From Raillietiella orientalis (taxonomy: Eukaryota): 64,000 bases of DNA. Each line of letters starts with the position of its first letter. Positions within the stretch are counted from its first letter, which is position 1. Of the stretch, positions 11,389-24,300 are shown one piece after another. Where the stretch lies: the NCBI GenBank assembly GCA_036172245.1, contig JAYWIR010000039.1, positions 1,550,001 to 1,614,000 of the forward strand, in the 5' to 3' direction. A model generated the notes under the pieces. It did no database searches, was not told where the DNA came from, and worked only from the letters and a program-made list of their open reading frames with translations. Both the position numbers and the translations under genes were made by a program.

Positions 11389-11491
11389 CGACTGTGTTGC
11401 AGCACTATCAAATGTAAAGTCTCATCAATGTTTTGGTGTTTTTTCTGCCATGCCAGCCCAATGAAGTACGAGAGCAAGTAACACTCATATG
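11389..11491. repeat. Diverged ~100-bp dispersed repeat, copy B
   Basis: Homologous to 8940-9043. Confidence 0.7.
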
Positions 11492-14281
11492 AAATAATTC
11501 AAGATAACTGAATGTAGCTTTTGATTTCCTTCTAATGCTTATAAATTCTTTGAAACTTTAACGTAACCTTCAATCACAATAATCACAGTACCTCAAACAG
11601 TATCATGGAACAACGAATGCTAGGCAATATGACGATATTGCCTTCGTTCTATAAACAGGGAAAAATGAATGAAGAATGAGAGTATATACTTGAGGATGGA
11701 TACAGTCATGTTTTCTAAATAAGAATTTATAAATATATTTATACAAAATACATTTATCGATAAATTTTAAATATCAAATCTATACAAAATCTATACGAAT
11801 CTATGCAAATTCATTTATATTTAAATACAGTATTTTGTCTTCATCTTAGATGACTTCTATGTTCTATGGTAATTAATTGTATCATGCTTCGATCTGATAC
11901 GTAAATTACGTATTTTTGGATCTAAGTTGTGCACAATATCCTCGAGAAGTAATGATGCGTTTAAATTATAATCACTAATTGGCTATTGCAGGAAGAGGCA
12001 TTTGAGAAGGAAATGAAAGCGTTCCGCGCTTTAGCACAGATATTTCGCTATAAATGCACTTTTAACAGTTATTCTATACTATTGGAAAATAAAAAAATTT
12101 TCAAACAAAAACTGTTAAAAAAAAAATATGTTTTTGAAAAAAGCTTGTATAATACTACTGCCTATAGAATAGTGTAATGGAAGCGTATTTATATGAGAAA
12201 TTAAGCTTTATCGGTAAATGTATCATGAAATTATCACGGCAATCCAGAGAACCACATAACATGAATTGCTGTTTTGAAACCGGAATAATTCATTGAAATT
12301 TTAGTAATCATACTGAATTCAGTTTTATGCTCAGTTTAAAGCCTGATTAATCAAAAATAGAACGGGATAATCCGAAACTTCTCAAAGGTTTTTATTGGTC
12401 CTACTTTCTTTAATAAATGATATAAGAAAATTTGAAGACGGAATCCAAAGACAATGAAAATAGAACTATTCTCTAAAGCTTTTGCAGTTTTCAATAATTC
12501 CACAAAAATCATAAAATGGGAGTTTAGGGCAAATAAAAATGAATACGGGAAACGTTTTAGGAATGAAAAATTTTGAAATGTTGAATGGGAGGTAATAAGT
12601 GGCATTATCACGTCAATCAGGCATTCTAGACAGCAAAACAGCAACTCTTCGGTATCAGCCTTTTAGAAACATATTTTAAGTCTTGGTTGATTGCTTCGTT
12701 CTGCTCCTATTTGAGGCTTTCTTCATCTGTTCCTATGAACTTACTTTTTTTTCTTTTTAATTCTCATAGGTAATTTAAGTATTCATGATTATTCGGTAAG
12801 CACATGAAACGTAAGAAAGATCAAATTTATAATGATATGAGTTCATTAAACTGAAGAGATTTGCAGAGATCTCTATTCTTAAAACTACTCTTCAGATAAA
12901 TGAAATTCGGGATGAAACCTTTCCTGGAATATGGTTGCCACATGCTTTCATGAAAAATGTTAGAAATATGAAGACAGAACTGAGAAAAAGAATTTAGAAG
13001 ATTCCATAAAGTATTATGAAGTTACAATTTAGTTTTATGCTTTGTTCTAGCCTTAATTATCGTAAGTCAATGTGTGATGTATTGTATCAAAAATGTTGGA
13101 TTTCAAACTCGGTATTTCCGAAAATTCTACATGCACCCAGAAAGTGAAAAAGATGTGCATACCACAAATGTGCAGGGTGTTATATGGTTTCATGAAATTC
13201 CCTTATTCTGTGAGTGCTGAAAAGGTAATTTATGAATGTTGTTTACCAGGCGTTAAGTAATGAGGAAGTAGATACATCTCCGAGTGATGGGAATGAATAT
13301 GGAGCTCGTGTTAACAGATTGGCGAGTTAGAGAACTGCACTGAATTTTTTTTTTATTCTCGAGACAGTTTTTGTGTGGGTTACTTTGTACATCTCATCAA
13401 CAGAATAGTTTCCACTCCATCACTTCGGAGCGTTTATTTTAAAAAACAAATAAACATGCTGGGAACGCAGTTCCCAGATAAAACAGAAACAAAAAAAGAA
13501 GTTCAAGGGATGGATTCACCGATACACAAATCGGAGCGGAAGGGAAAGAGACAATGAATAAATAAAAGGGAGGGTGAGCTTTGGCTGCAGTCGCTATTTT
13601 TTGGCCAGTACCGGTGCGGAATGCTGGTATTCTCCGAATTCTCCTTCCAGGTGAGGTCACCTTGCAGGCGTCCTCATGTAGGCGGCTGCCATGCGAGCGA
13701 CCTCCCTTTGTGGCGACCAAGACTCCAACACATGGGAGCGCGGCAAAGGTGCCACGGAGGTGATACATTGCAATCACGGTGCCTATCGGTAGTCCGCCGC
13801 TCTCAAAGAATCGCCGCGGCAATTGAATAGCAGTGGAAGCAAGTTTAGTACTTTTATTTATTTTCTCTTGTCAAGTAGGAGAAGCAGTAGCAAATTAAGC
13901 GGTCGAATAGCGGTAAGAGTACGTATAGAGGTTTTGGGTCGGACAGTTTTATTGTCTGAGTTTCGGACAAGCAGTGTTGTTGCTTGGGAACATGTATGGT
14001 ACGTCTTGTCTGTGAGACTTTGCAAGTTGAACAAACAGTTCTGGCAGTGAGGTTTGCCGGTCTGAATGAAACGCTGCTTGCCAATTACATGCCTTCCCCG
14101 CACTGTATGCTGGAGACAATCCTCGCATTTCACTCAAGCATGAGCAGCACTTAGTGGTCAGCAATCTTCTGTTGGTCGTTACATCTCTTGAGAGCTCACA
14201 TCGTGCTGAGGTAATGATGGCTATACGTGGGGAAAGGAGAAAGACTTCCACGACTGCAAATGCTTTCGAACAGAAGGTCGA

Positions 14282-14334
14282 AGTATAAGTCTTGTATAAG
14301 TCAGTATAAGTCTTGTCACAGTATAAGTCTTGTA
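14282..14334. repeat. Short tandem repeat, about 4 copies of GTATAAGTC(TT)
   Basis: agtataagtcttgtataagtcagtataagtcttgtcacagtataagtcttgt. Confidence 0.8.
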
Positions 14335-15654
14335 CGTACGAATCCAGATAACCCTCCCAAAACAGGTGTTCTGCCCCCACGCATATCCGAGCTACACAGA
14401 ATAACAGTTGAGAGACTATCACGGTCCAAGTTAGCTCGAAGCTCGTGACAGAAAGGGTTGTGTGTTGCAGGCTCACGCGCAAACACATACAAACTACTAA
14501 TTTCTGTCGGATGCCTGGCATCCGTGTCTCAGGAAGGAATCTTAGGCAGGAATTATTGCCTCGAAGAGATTTAAGACGAAGTCTGCTAGTTACATCCCAT
14601 TTCATTATCGCACTCCTGGTGAGCTTGTTTGAAGATCAAGTGGGCTGCATCACCTAATCCAGACAAGTTTAGACCAAAAGATCAAGGTTCTATTGAAAAT
14701 GATACTATAGGAACGTCACATATCCCAGGTCTGGGAGTGGAGAGTCAGATTTTAGCTTGTGCGTAGCCAAGGAGCTAGGTATAGCGTGAAATCCCTGGTG
14801 TCAGGGCGAACCGTCATTTGCTAGCTCCGTCTTGGATGCAGCAGGAACGGTGCGCTTTGCGGGCGCCTCTCGACCCTCGGGGATCCACGCTGTACCGTTT
14901 GCAGAACACGGTTCTTCATTTCGTGGTTCGTAATTCTCAACATGGAGATATCTGTCCACCTAGCAACTTGGTCTGGTCAGATCACTGACGTACCATATGG
15001 CTGGGAGGGAAAATGAAGTGGCATGAAGGAGAATGTAAGGCTCCGTTCCGCTGTCTCGTCCCGATTCCAGAGCTTTGTCGTCACTCGTAGGTTCATTGTC
15101 TTCGTCCAGGAGATTTGCCTCTGTATACACTTATTACACACACATGCACGTGCAAAAAGTGGTTCATTGTGCCCTCATCTCTTCCTGCATGAATCATGCT
15201 GGTCTTAGCTTCAAGAACGCGAGCTTAATGTTCACTTGTTTCACACTTCTTTCACTTTTTCTTTAGGGCATATGTGAGCTCGTATCGTCACCACCTGAAG
15301 CATGCAATGCTAGAGAGGATCTCGATGTCAGTTTTTTAAAATTTGGACTGGTCCCGACTAAACAAAAAAGATGACCGTAGAAAACGGGGAGATGCTTTGG
15401 TGCTCCGGTACTCTATTCCCGTCCCCTGATGGTGCTGTAGAGTGCCAATGCAGGTCTAAAACTCCGAAAAAGAATGGGCAAAATGAAAGATGCACCAGAA
15501 AGATGGTGCAACACCATCTTGCTGTCGCCGCAGAAAGTGCCTCGGTCCTCGTTTTTCCCGTAGGTGCGTCTAACTTCGCTTAACAGATATTCTGGAGAGA
15601 GAAAAAATCAGTAGATGGCACCCTGCGTCTCAGAGGGCAAGCAGATGTGAAATG

Positions 15655-15813
15655 GCTGACGCTGAAAGCGAAAAGGAAGCATGAAAAAAAAGCTGAAAGG
15701 AAAACAGCGTACAGAAGAAAAAAGAAAAGAACCCAAGATTTCCATCGTCCTAGCCCAATAGTAACGATCTCCTCGTGGGGGTCGCTACGGGCCTTTATAA
15801 AAAAAAAAAAAAA
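15655..15813 (+). mobile_element. 5'-truncated SINE-like tail with terminal stem-loop and poly-A, inside the minus-strand LINE
   Basis: A-rich linker, GAACCCAAGATTTCCATCGTCCTAGCCCAATAGTAACGATCTCCTCGTGGGGGTCGCTACGGGC, then A15 at 15799-15813; 5' boundary approximate. Confidence 0.75.
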
Positions 15814-17652
15814 CCCACCATGGATTGTAAAGAATCTCGTACTTCCACGTAGTTCAGGATCATCAGATCCAAGCAGCTGATAGTCAACTAGCAAAGCAGA
15901 ATCAGATGGCCATTCAGTGGCATGATAACTCGCTTTCGTGGTTGTACCGATACAAAAATGTGGTCAAGGTCCACAGTTATAGTGCTATCTGGATTTATAC
16001 GAGAATAAACATGACTGGCAGGTAACTGGCGTAGACCATCGATCCACCAAATGGTATCCATGTTGAGTTATCTACAAAGGAGTCATTGAGATCTCCATTG
16101 ATGTACGAATAGGATCTTTGCTGCTTGCTGATGAGAGATTTTGGTTCTCCCTTCGTAAGCTGATGAGTCAACGCTAGGGCTGGATTCACAAAAATTCTCT
16201 AAGCGCTCTTTTAGAGGCTCCCACCCACGGATTTCTTTAGTAAAAGGCCTAAGAAATACTCGCATAGAGCAGGAGCCCGAGCTCTCTGGATACCATCAGA
16301 ATGATCCATGTGGAGCCTTGTCACAGAAGGGCTTTGTAGATCCTAGCCTTGCTTCCGTTAATGTGCTCAGAAGACTTCTAGTCGAGGGAGAGCTGTCAAA
16401 CTTAGCCGAATGATGGCTCCCAAAATACCTTGTGTAGATGAAAAAAAAGCTTGAGAATAAAAGTACCCGCTCGTCATTTACGTCAAGTCTTTCTTCTACT
16501 TTCTCTACTTGATTGCTGCCAGTGTCCGAGACACATTGCTGGAATGCTTCGCTTTAATAAAAGATAGTAAACCTTGAAATAGAAAGGTGTGAGCACACAC
16601 CATTTATCTAGTATGTTTTCAAATTTAATCCTTACTTGTGTTTTCAGATGCTGTTTCGATAAAATTGTTCGGTATGAAATTCATCCCTTACTTTTTAGGA
16701 TCTCCAAGAAAAGGATCTTTTTTTCTCCTTTAATACATTATATAAGGTATGCAAATGGGACAATTTTAACACTACTACTCTTCTTGCATTCCACCTTTGT
16801 GTAAAGATAGGATCGAACTATTTCTCTTTTCGTCGCTCATTACGTATGCGAGTTCCCCTGCGATAAAAAAAATATTTCTGACGATATGCTAATATGGAAA
16901 GTCGCTTGAAATGCAGGGTGCTTCATGCATGGCACGATTGTTTCGAGAAATTTAAGGGAATGCAATCTCAACTTCATTAAAACCTATGGAATACAGAAGT
17001 GTGTTTCAAAGACTATGTAGTAAATGGATCAAGTCAAAACGAGTTCCAAAAGACAGCAAATGCATCAAAGTAGACGTAAAGTTGAATCGATAATATCTCT
17101 GCTGGGTCTTGAAAAAATTCACGGAATCCCTCTGAATGCTGTGGTCACTTAACATTCCAGGAAGATAAAAGCATCAGTATCGCTTTAAACAACAGCATTT
17201 GAATCATTTCTTATGCTCTACGAATCTAGCAAAAAATTAAGCTTAATAATCCATTAATCACTTTATGATACTGAACAGGGAAGTGTTGATGAGAGAGGAA
17301 AATTGAAATTTTGTTATATTGTTTTTTTTTTGTTATAAACAAACGAAACAAATGGAGAATAAAACCCTATCATATTGTATTTTTATCCGCAGTGGTTGCA
17401 ATCATACGCATTTCATCTTCACTCTTTGTGTGAAATCAACTGGGTTTGGATTTCACAACAATTATTCAAGTTCCTCCATATGCAAGTGTTAAATTGAAGA
17501 ATGCATTCCACGCATTGTTTTCTGAGTATTCACCTTATTGATTCACGTATAAGTGTCAAGACGGAGGCTATAAACATTGTATGAAAGAAGAAGTCAGTTG
17601 CATGCTATACATCATAAACAAATAAAATGAATACAGGATAGAATGTGAGCAT

Positions 17653-18134
17653 TTATTTCAACTCCTTCACTTGAAGACCTACAAAAAAATAAAATCGTAA
17701 TATTCCATCTTATAAAGTACTCCTTACCTGGTGGTAAAGACTGTTTCAGTTTCTCCACTTTTTCCTTATCACTAATTACTAAGGTATACAGATATCTGCT
17801 GCATCGCACCTTGAACTTCACAATATTTGGATTCTTTCTGTTCTTTTTAATTTTAACAGCTGCAACATGCTTAATTAGTCAATATATTAGTTACGCACTT
17901 ATCTTTACATTGTGCATCCTTTCTCCTTGCTGTGATGATAAAATCCTTAATATCTAGTATTTGTTTCGGCTAAAATACAAGATACCCGCATAAGCACGTA
18001 TATGCAGAAGCTGAGAAATTCTCAAATGCGATTTACGTTATACATTAAGAATAGCTTTATACTGCAAAACACAAACTATTTGTAACTTTCCTAAAGCGAC
18101 ATACCGCCGAAAGTACTAAAATTTTACTTACCAT
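17653..18134 (-). CDS. RPL38: 60S ribosomal protein L38 (eL38)
   Basis: Exons 18132-18134, 17909-17969, 17728-17859 and 17653-17678, all GT-AG, give [73 protein letters not shown]. Confidence 0.96.
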
Positions 18135-18157
18135 TTTCGACGATCTGAAAGCTCACA

Positions 18158-18167
18158 CGGGAAGCAA
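18158..18167 (-). promoter_or_regulatory. Putative polypyrimidine initiator (TCT/5'TOP-like start) of RPL38
   Basis: Minus strand reads TTGCTTCCCG about 25-30 nt upstream of the ATG; animal ribosomal protein mRNAs typically start in such a tract. Confidence 0.4.
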
Positions 18168-21100
18168 TTACGAATGCAGGATTCTCACGCTCACTGCAAA
18201 TGCATGTTACCATTCAATACGCATTCCATAAACAGATTAATTAGATCGTGAATACAATCACTAATTTCTGCTTATTATAATACTCATACTTATTCATTGA
18301 GTTATTAATAAATTAATAGCAGTATATAAATAAGAAATGCAGATAATTTCTTTCGAAGAAAATACTGGAAAGCTGTCAATTTAAAAACTTAAGATGAATA
18401 TTTATGGTCATTTAAGGAATTATTATTAATAGAGTACATAATAAATAAGAATTAAAGATATTTTCTTTCGAATAAAATATTGAAAAATCATAAGATCTGA
18501 ATAATGATCACAGATATGTTTTTTTTTTGGTTTGAAAATGTCAATTCTTCCATATGAAGTATTTCAGATGCATCGACTTCACAAATACTTCCTATCTACC
18601 TCTTTCAGAAATATACATCCGAGTGCAAACTAATTGAAATTCAAATTGTGAATATCTAGTGGTCCTATAAAACATGAGACTAATTTACTTTGTGAGCAAA
18701 CGACAGCTTCTAATTGATGTCTTCGGTCTCGTTCACTAATTTCAACATTGGCTGATTGGAGCTCAAGAAACTTTCAAGACTATTACAAGATGGACTCTTT
18801 CTAATGAGAATTATTTGAAATCGCAAAATGAAACTTTATTTCTAGGATATTTTTCTTTTTCTGGTCATGATGAAATCAACATATGAAACCAAATTTCGAT
18901 GTCAGTAGATACAATAATGGGACGCAATTACGAAAATTTGCTATGCAATGTGCTTGTTATGTATTAACTTTCTTTCCTTATAAAAAGCAACATCGCAAAT
19001 CAACAAATATAATGTAATAGAGTGATGTGTCCAAACAGTAGATTTGAAAATACAGGTGTATTGGTAGATGTCTTCTATTACTAAATTGCTTCTTATTCTC
19101 AAATTAGTGTCAATGAAATTAGCGTCCTGCATTTAATGTGTTCAAATAATTATTACCATAATGTCACTGTTAAGTAATATAGGAATACAGTGGGAATTTT
19201 ATTGGATGCGCATGTATTACATTTTAACTTCTTTTCCCCTTTTATTGGAACCAATCACATTAGGAACGAAAATCTTGCCCTACTGAAGTTTTAAGTCACA
19301 ACTTATTCGTATGACCTTTTTATTGGGGAAACTTATTTTTAAAAATCAGTGCGGAAATCTAAGGATCTGTGGTTTCTGATAAAATCCCAGAAAGGATATG
19401 ATACAGACATAAATGAGAAAATAGATAAGAAATAAACTGTAGGTCTCTAAAATCTAATTCATTACAATTATTACCTTGAATAAGTGAGGTAGGATCAGGA
19501 AGAAACTTTGGGGGGTTAATAACTTTTTGAGTCTGAAAGTGGTTTAAACACGGGCTACAAATGGACAGGGGTAACATTTGGTTTACGGAGTGACTTGTAA
19601 AAATTGGGAAGACTAAAAAAATTGTTTTGAATATTTAAATTATTTCTTTATTTTTAATCCTACTATTTAATTTACTGAGAAAGACAAGTATACAACCGAT
19701 TTATAGCTGCTGTTTTCTTTAAGAGTCAGCAATCTGACTTCCAAGTATAATCAGCAGTGTTCAACATTAGTCTGCTGGACACTTTGATGTTGAAGAAAAC
19801 CATATTAGCAACGTAAGATGTTTATTGTTAAATAAATGTCTTCATGGCATATTAGTGATGAAACATTAACATCAGCAAATTCATGAGACTTTTTTAATAA
19901 ATTCCATTCGAGTCTATCACTGTATGATGAATTTCTATAGAAGCTGTGGATGGTGACAGCCTGGCACATGAAAATACACAATTCGTTCCAGGATTATTCA
20001 TTGTATGTCTCAATTTTTAATGCACAATCAATGTTACAGACATTGCAATGGGAAATAATACAAATCACTGGCATGTTTCCATTCAGATTTCAATCACATG
20101 TTCACCGATTTTGATTATCTTTGGCATTATTCAGTAATTTCTCACTACATTAATGAACCCTGTTACTCACTGAGTTAATTACCATGCAACCTCTATTTTA
20201 AACTCAAGGAACAGATTTGCATTTCTTTGCACATCAATGTCTTGGTCATCTTGAATGCTTGGATCTTTAATAACAATGCTTTTATCTTCAGTTAATTCTT
20301 GTTGCACTATCCTGAAGATAACTTAGCTATAAAGCAGAATTGATTACTGAAACTGGTTTCTGGTTCAAAGCAATGTTTGATCTCAAGTGTGAATCAAAAA
20401 GATTGCTCACTTGCAATCCTTTTACATGTGTAGTCCTTGTCACATTTGTCATAGCTTAGGATGCACATATATCAGCATTGTAGCCTAGTAGATTCTTCAT
20501 CAGAGAAACGTTTCTCTGACGGGTGAAAAACCCAAAGTAAGGGTGAAAGGGAGGATTTCACACAAACCCTTTTCTATATGGGAGGTTTACATCTGTTTTC
20601 ACTGTTTTGGCATGGTTTCATATGGTTCTCAATGATTTTAATTGTCATTTTGCTTTCCTCGTCATTTCACAGAAATCATTTATAATTTCCATTTTGGGCT
20701 CAATCACATTGAGCACAAAGTCAGATTATATAAGATATGCATTTCTCACATTGCTCACACATCCTGATAATAAATTCTAAAACATAACTTCTCGGTGAAG
20801 TTGTGAGGAATGAGATCATCAAATTGTGCAGAACTCTAATACACAAACAGAGAAATGAAACAAATTTATGGGAAATTTTTGGCAATGTTTCTGAATCATC
20901 ACACAAATTGATGGTAAAAAGAACACTGAACATGATTGAACAACCAAACACGAGCTGAGCATGATTTCCGATAGATCCATGAAATCAACTGAACTAATGA
21001 AAATTAATCACAATAGAATTTAGAATCGAACTGAGATTTTATAGCTAACGATTATGAACACATGCAACTTTACACCAACCAGGTGAAGGGGCAAGAATGC

Positions 21101-21353
21101 TTAATGATGAATTCCAGTGCCTATGACACATCAATAAATCACAGAATTTATCAAAAGCAGTTCACTCATAAGGGCAGTTATTTTATAACAGAAACAATAC
21201 ACTTTTCGTCCATCACAATGTCTTTCTTCCAGATTGCAGTAACAAATAAAATGACAAATCCTGAACATAAATTCCTTATTCCAGAAATGTTTGTAGATCC
21301 AAAAGTTTTTGAGTCAGTTCCTGAATAACTATGAGTCACACTTAATATATTGA

Positions 21354-24300
21354 TTACAGTTAAACTGGCTTCGCTCCAAGTCCGTTAAAAGGCAATCAGT
21401 TAATAAATGTGGTGATAACTCTTGGTTTAGAAACTTGCTTACTAACACATGAGCTTCAAGACTACCACCATGTTTTAAAAAATTTTCTCTAAAATGCTCC
21501 CCACCTTGTCTGCTGAAGGGATCTTGCTACATAAAACTTTCACTAACATTTAATTGCTGGTAATTCATAAGTACCTGAAAGCATTTTTGCCAGATTGCAG
21601 CAGATAAAGCACGGGAAACTAAGTAGGAATAGTATTTAGCACCATAACCAACGAGATGACTGAATCTTAGCTGCCAGGCCTGAAATATTAGTTCAAGATT
21701 ACAAGACCCATCTCAAAAGTATCAAAGTTCCTTAGCACTGTATACTAACAGTTTGTGGAACATGTGGCAAAGCATAGTAATTATCTTGCAAATCCTTTAA
21801 AATTTCCGTAGTTGATTTGTGAAGTGGATGTGGTCCATGATATTTCTGATCTAGATGTGAATATAGTATCTAAATACATTATTTCTATAAAATGCATATT
21901 CAAGCTGCCGAACTTTACTTGCAGCTGCATCTCAGAGGCAGCAAATAAATGTTTGGCAGCACACATCTTGACTAATTCTGGCCAACTTAGAGGTTCCTGA
22001 GTTTTGTAATGAAAAGCAAAAGTGGAAAGCACCTTCAAATCATCAAAAATTGAATAAGATAACAGAGATCTTTTGAGCTTACCCTTGGATCACTGCTAAA
22101 TTTCTCCATTAGGGTTGATGGCACTTCAGCCAAATCAGTACTACAGCGTGTCCCTGAAACATGCTGATATGGTGGACGGGCCATAAGAGAATGCAAAGCA
22201 TGACCCATCTCATGGAATAAATTATCAATTGAAGCTGAGTGTAGTAAGCAAGGATAAGTGCCTGTGGGTGGATGCAGATTCAGCATAACAACAACCACAG
22301 GTAGCTAGTGAATAGAACAGAATTAAAATCTGTTTTTAAATAGCATCCCCAAACTCCAACAAATTTTCATCATTCTAGCATTTCTCCATGTGAATTCACT
22401 GAAAACACCATTCAATGAAGATGATTAACGAAAGCTGAATTTTTCCACAAAACAAAAGACCTTTCATTTCACGAGCATTAATAAATTTACCCACACAAAC
22501 AATATGAAATAATAGCCCCTTACAAGCAAATAATAGCATATCCACCCAAAAACTGGTGCACTCTACAGCAAAAGGAAAAAGTTGGGAAAATCATACAGAA
22601 TTTGCACATAAAACTGATCTGTCTGAATCTGAATAAATAACTTATATGATGAGTCCAAATGATTGCTCAACTTGGAAATATTTTTTTCTTTAAAGGGAAG
22701 AAGCATAAAACATGTATAGAATAATCAATGTGCACTTTTTGCAATCATGGCCAATAAAGTTGATGATAAGAATGGATAAATGTGTACAGAAAGAAGAGAC
22801 ACATACTTGAAGTAATTCTGACACCACTTACAACTGTTAATACAAAACCGAGATGCAATTACATTTGCTTTAAAAATTGGTGGCTAGTTTTTTTCAACTA
22901 GATACCAAGAAAAAATTGAAGTCACTATCAACAATATATATGTAAGAAAGTAAATATGCAACCAGAATCTTTATGCTACTTCAGCTGCTTTCCTTTATTG
23001 TCTGCAAAATCACAAACTGCTAATTATTACAAAACACAATTTATAATCGAGATTTCAAGGGTTACCTTCAAGAAATAAAAGAAAAAATTTTGAAAAGAAA
23101 GATGCTATTCCCCAAAATTATTTTTGTCCACACATCCATAAACTTGAGACTGCATGACTCACTAACCTATAATGTTCGAGGTCTTTATTTTTCAACTGTT
23201 AACTTGTAACTCTTTTGCATTCAGGTGCTTTCAGATTCTTTTTTTCTACCCAGGCATCAGGCTCACATAAATTTAAATTACAGAACTACAAAATGCTTGC
23301 ATTTTTTAATGTGTGATTTCACTGACCTCTGATCAATATTAACCACCCTGAATGTATACCAGATGAAAAAGAAATGTTCATCTGTAAGCATTCTAATTTG
23401 CTTATTTTGCCATAAATATCGAGTCCAAGAACCAATAATTAGAACACTGAAGAAAAATGAACTGTTCATGTTTCTTCAGTTTGCACAGTTTCAAGATAAT
23501 GTGCAGGTAAATGAACTTGGAGATATTATTGTGAATGAATACTGCTGAAAAGGCATGAGTGAACACACAAAAATCAGATATCCCTACAGAGTTATAATTT
23601 AGACTAAACAGAACAATAAAACATCAGAAGAGGTGTTTCTTTTTGGCTCTCCCCAAAGATGAGTGAACAGGGAGCTAAATAATACTAAGGCTGGAACATA
23701 GAGAAAATTAAATTTTCTCTGCAGAATGGAAAATAAGAAAACCTGCAAGATGAAACGAATCTGAGTAATCTTTTCATAATATTAATATAACGTATATTAC
23801 ATGAGATTTCTTCATATCACAAGAGTCAGGTTAACTATTCTGATAAACCACCAAGATTACATAAATATAAAACTTTTTGTTACAATTTTAAGAGATGCAA
23901 AATGAAAATATTTCAATGGATATCCATTTCAGAAAAGATACCTTTATGAAGAAAAATTATTTGGAAAAGTAAATATTAAATGCTGAGACTTCAGTTGTAG
24001 CATTTATTGTCCAAGTTAGAATTTCAGAAACTAATTGGATCGAGTTACAATTTCAGAAATAGTCACAAATAGTCATGTTAAAATCAACAATTTACTTATT
24101 ACCTGATAAGTGCCATCAGACAGCAGGCGGCCTCCTCTAATAGTGAAATGGCAATCCTGACTTGGTTTGCCTTCACGTTCATAGAAGTCACAATAAATAT
24201 AGCCAAGTAATTCGTTTTCATCAGAAACTATCTGCTAAAATAGATTTCACTAACAACAAGAGTATACAACCTGACAGCTTGTAAACAGAATCACACCACA

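Larger units (their letters stand above)
13410..16430 (-). mobile_element. Heavily degenerate LINE (family B), endonuclease through 3' UTR
   Basis: YINGDLND ~16082-16105 and DLDHIFVS 15948-15971 (APE motifs), YLDSYV ~14335-14352 (YLG-like), AMYHLRGTFAA and GGTGACCTCACCTGG matching the family B C-terminus, AATAAACGCTCCG on the minus strand at 13426-13438. Confidence 0.7.

Noticed and set aside
14282..14334. CRISPR-like array
   Set aside because: Eukaryotic context, 9-11 bp units, no unique spacers
16120..16200. CTGATGAG hammerhead cores (also ~35204)
   Set aside because: No stem II followed by GAAA
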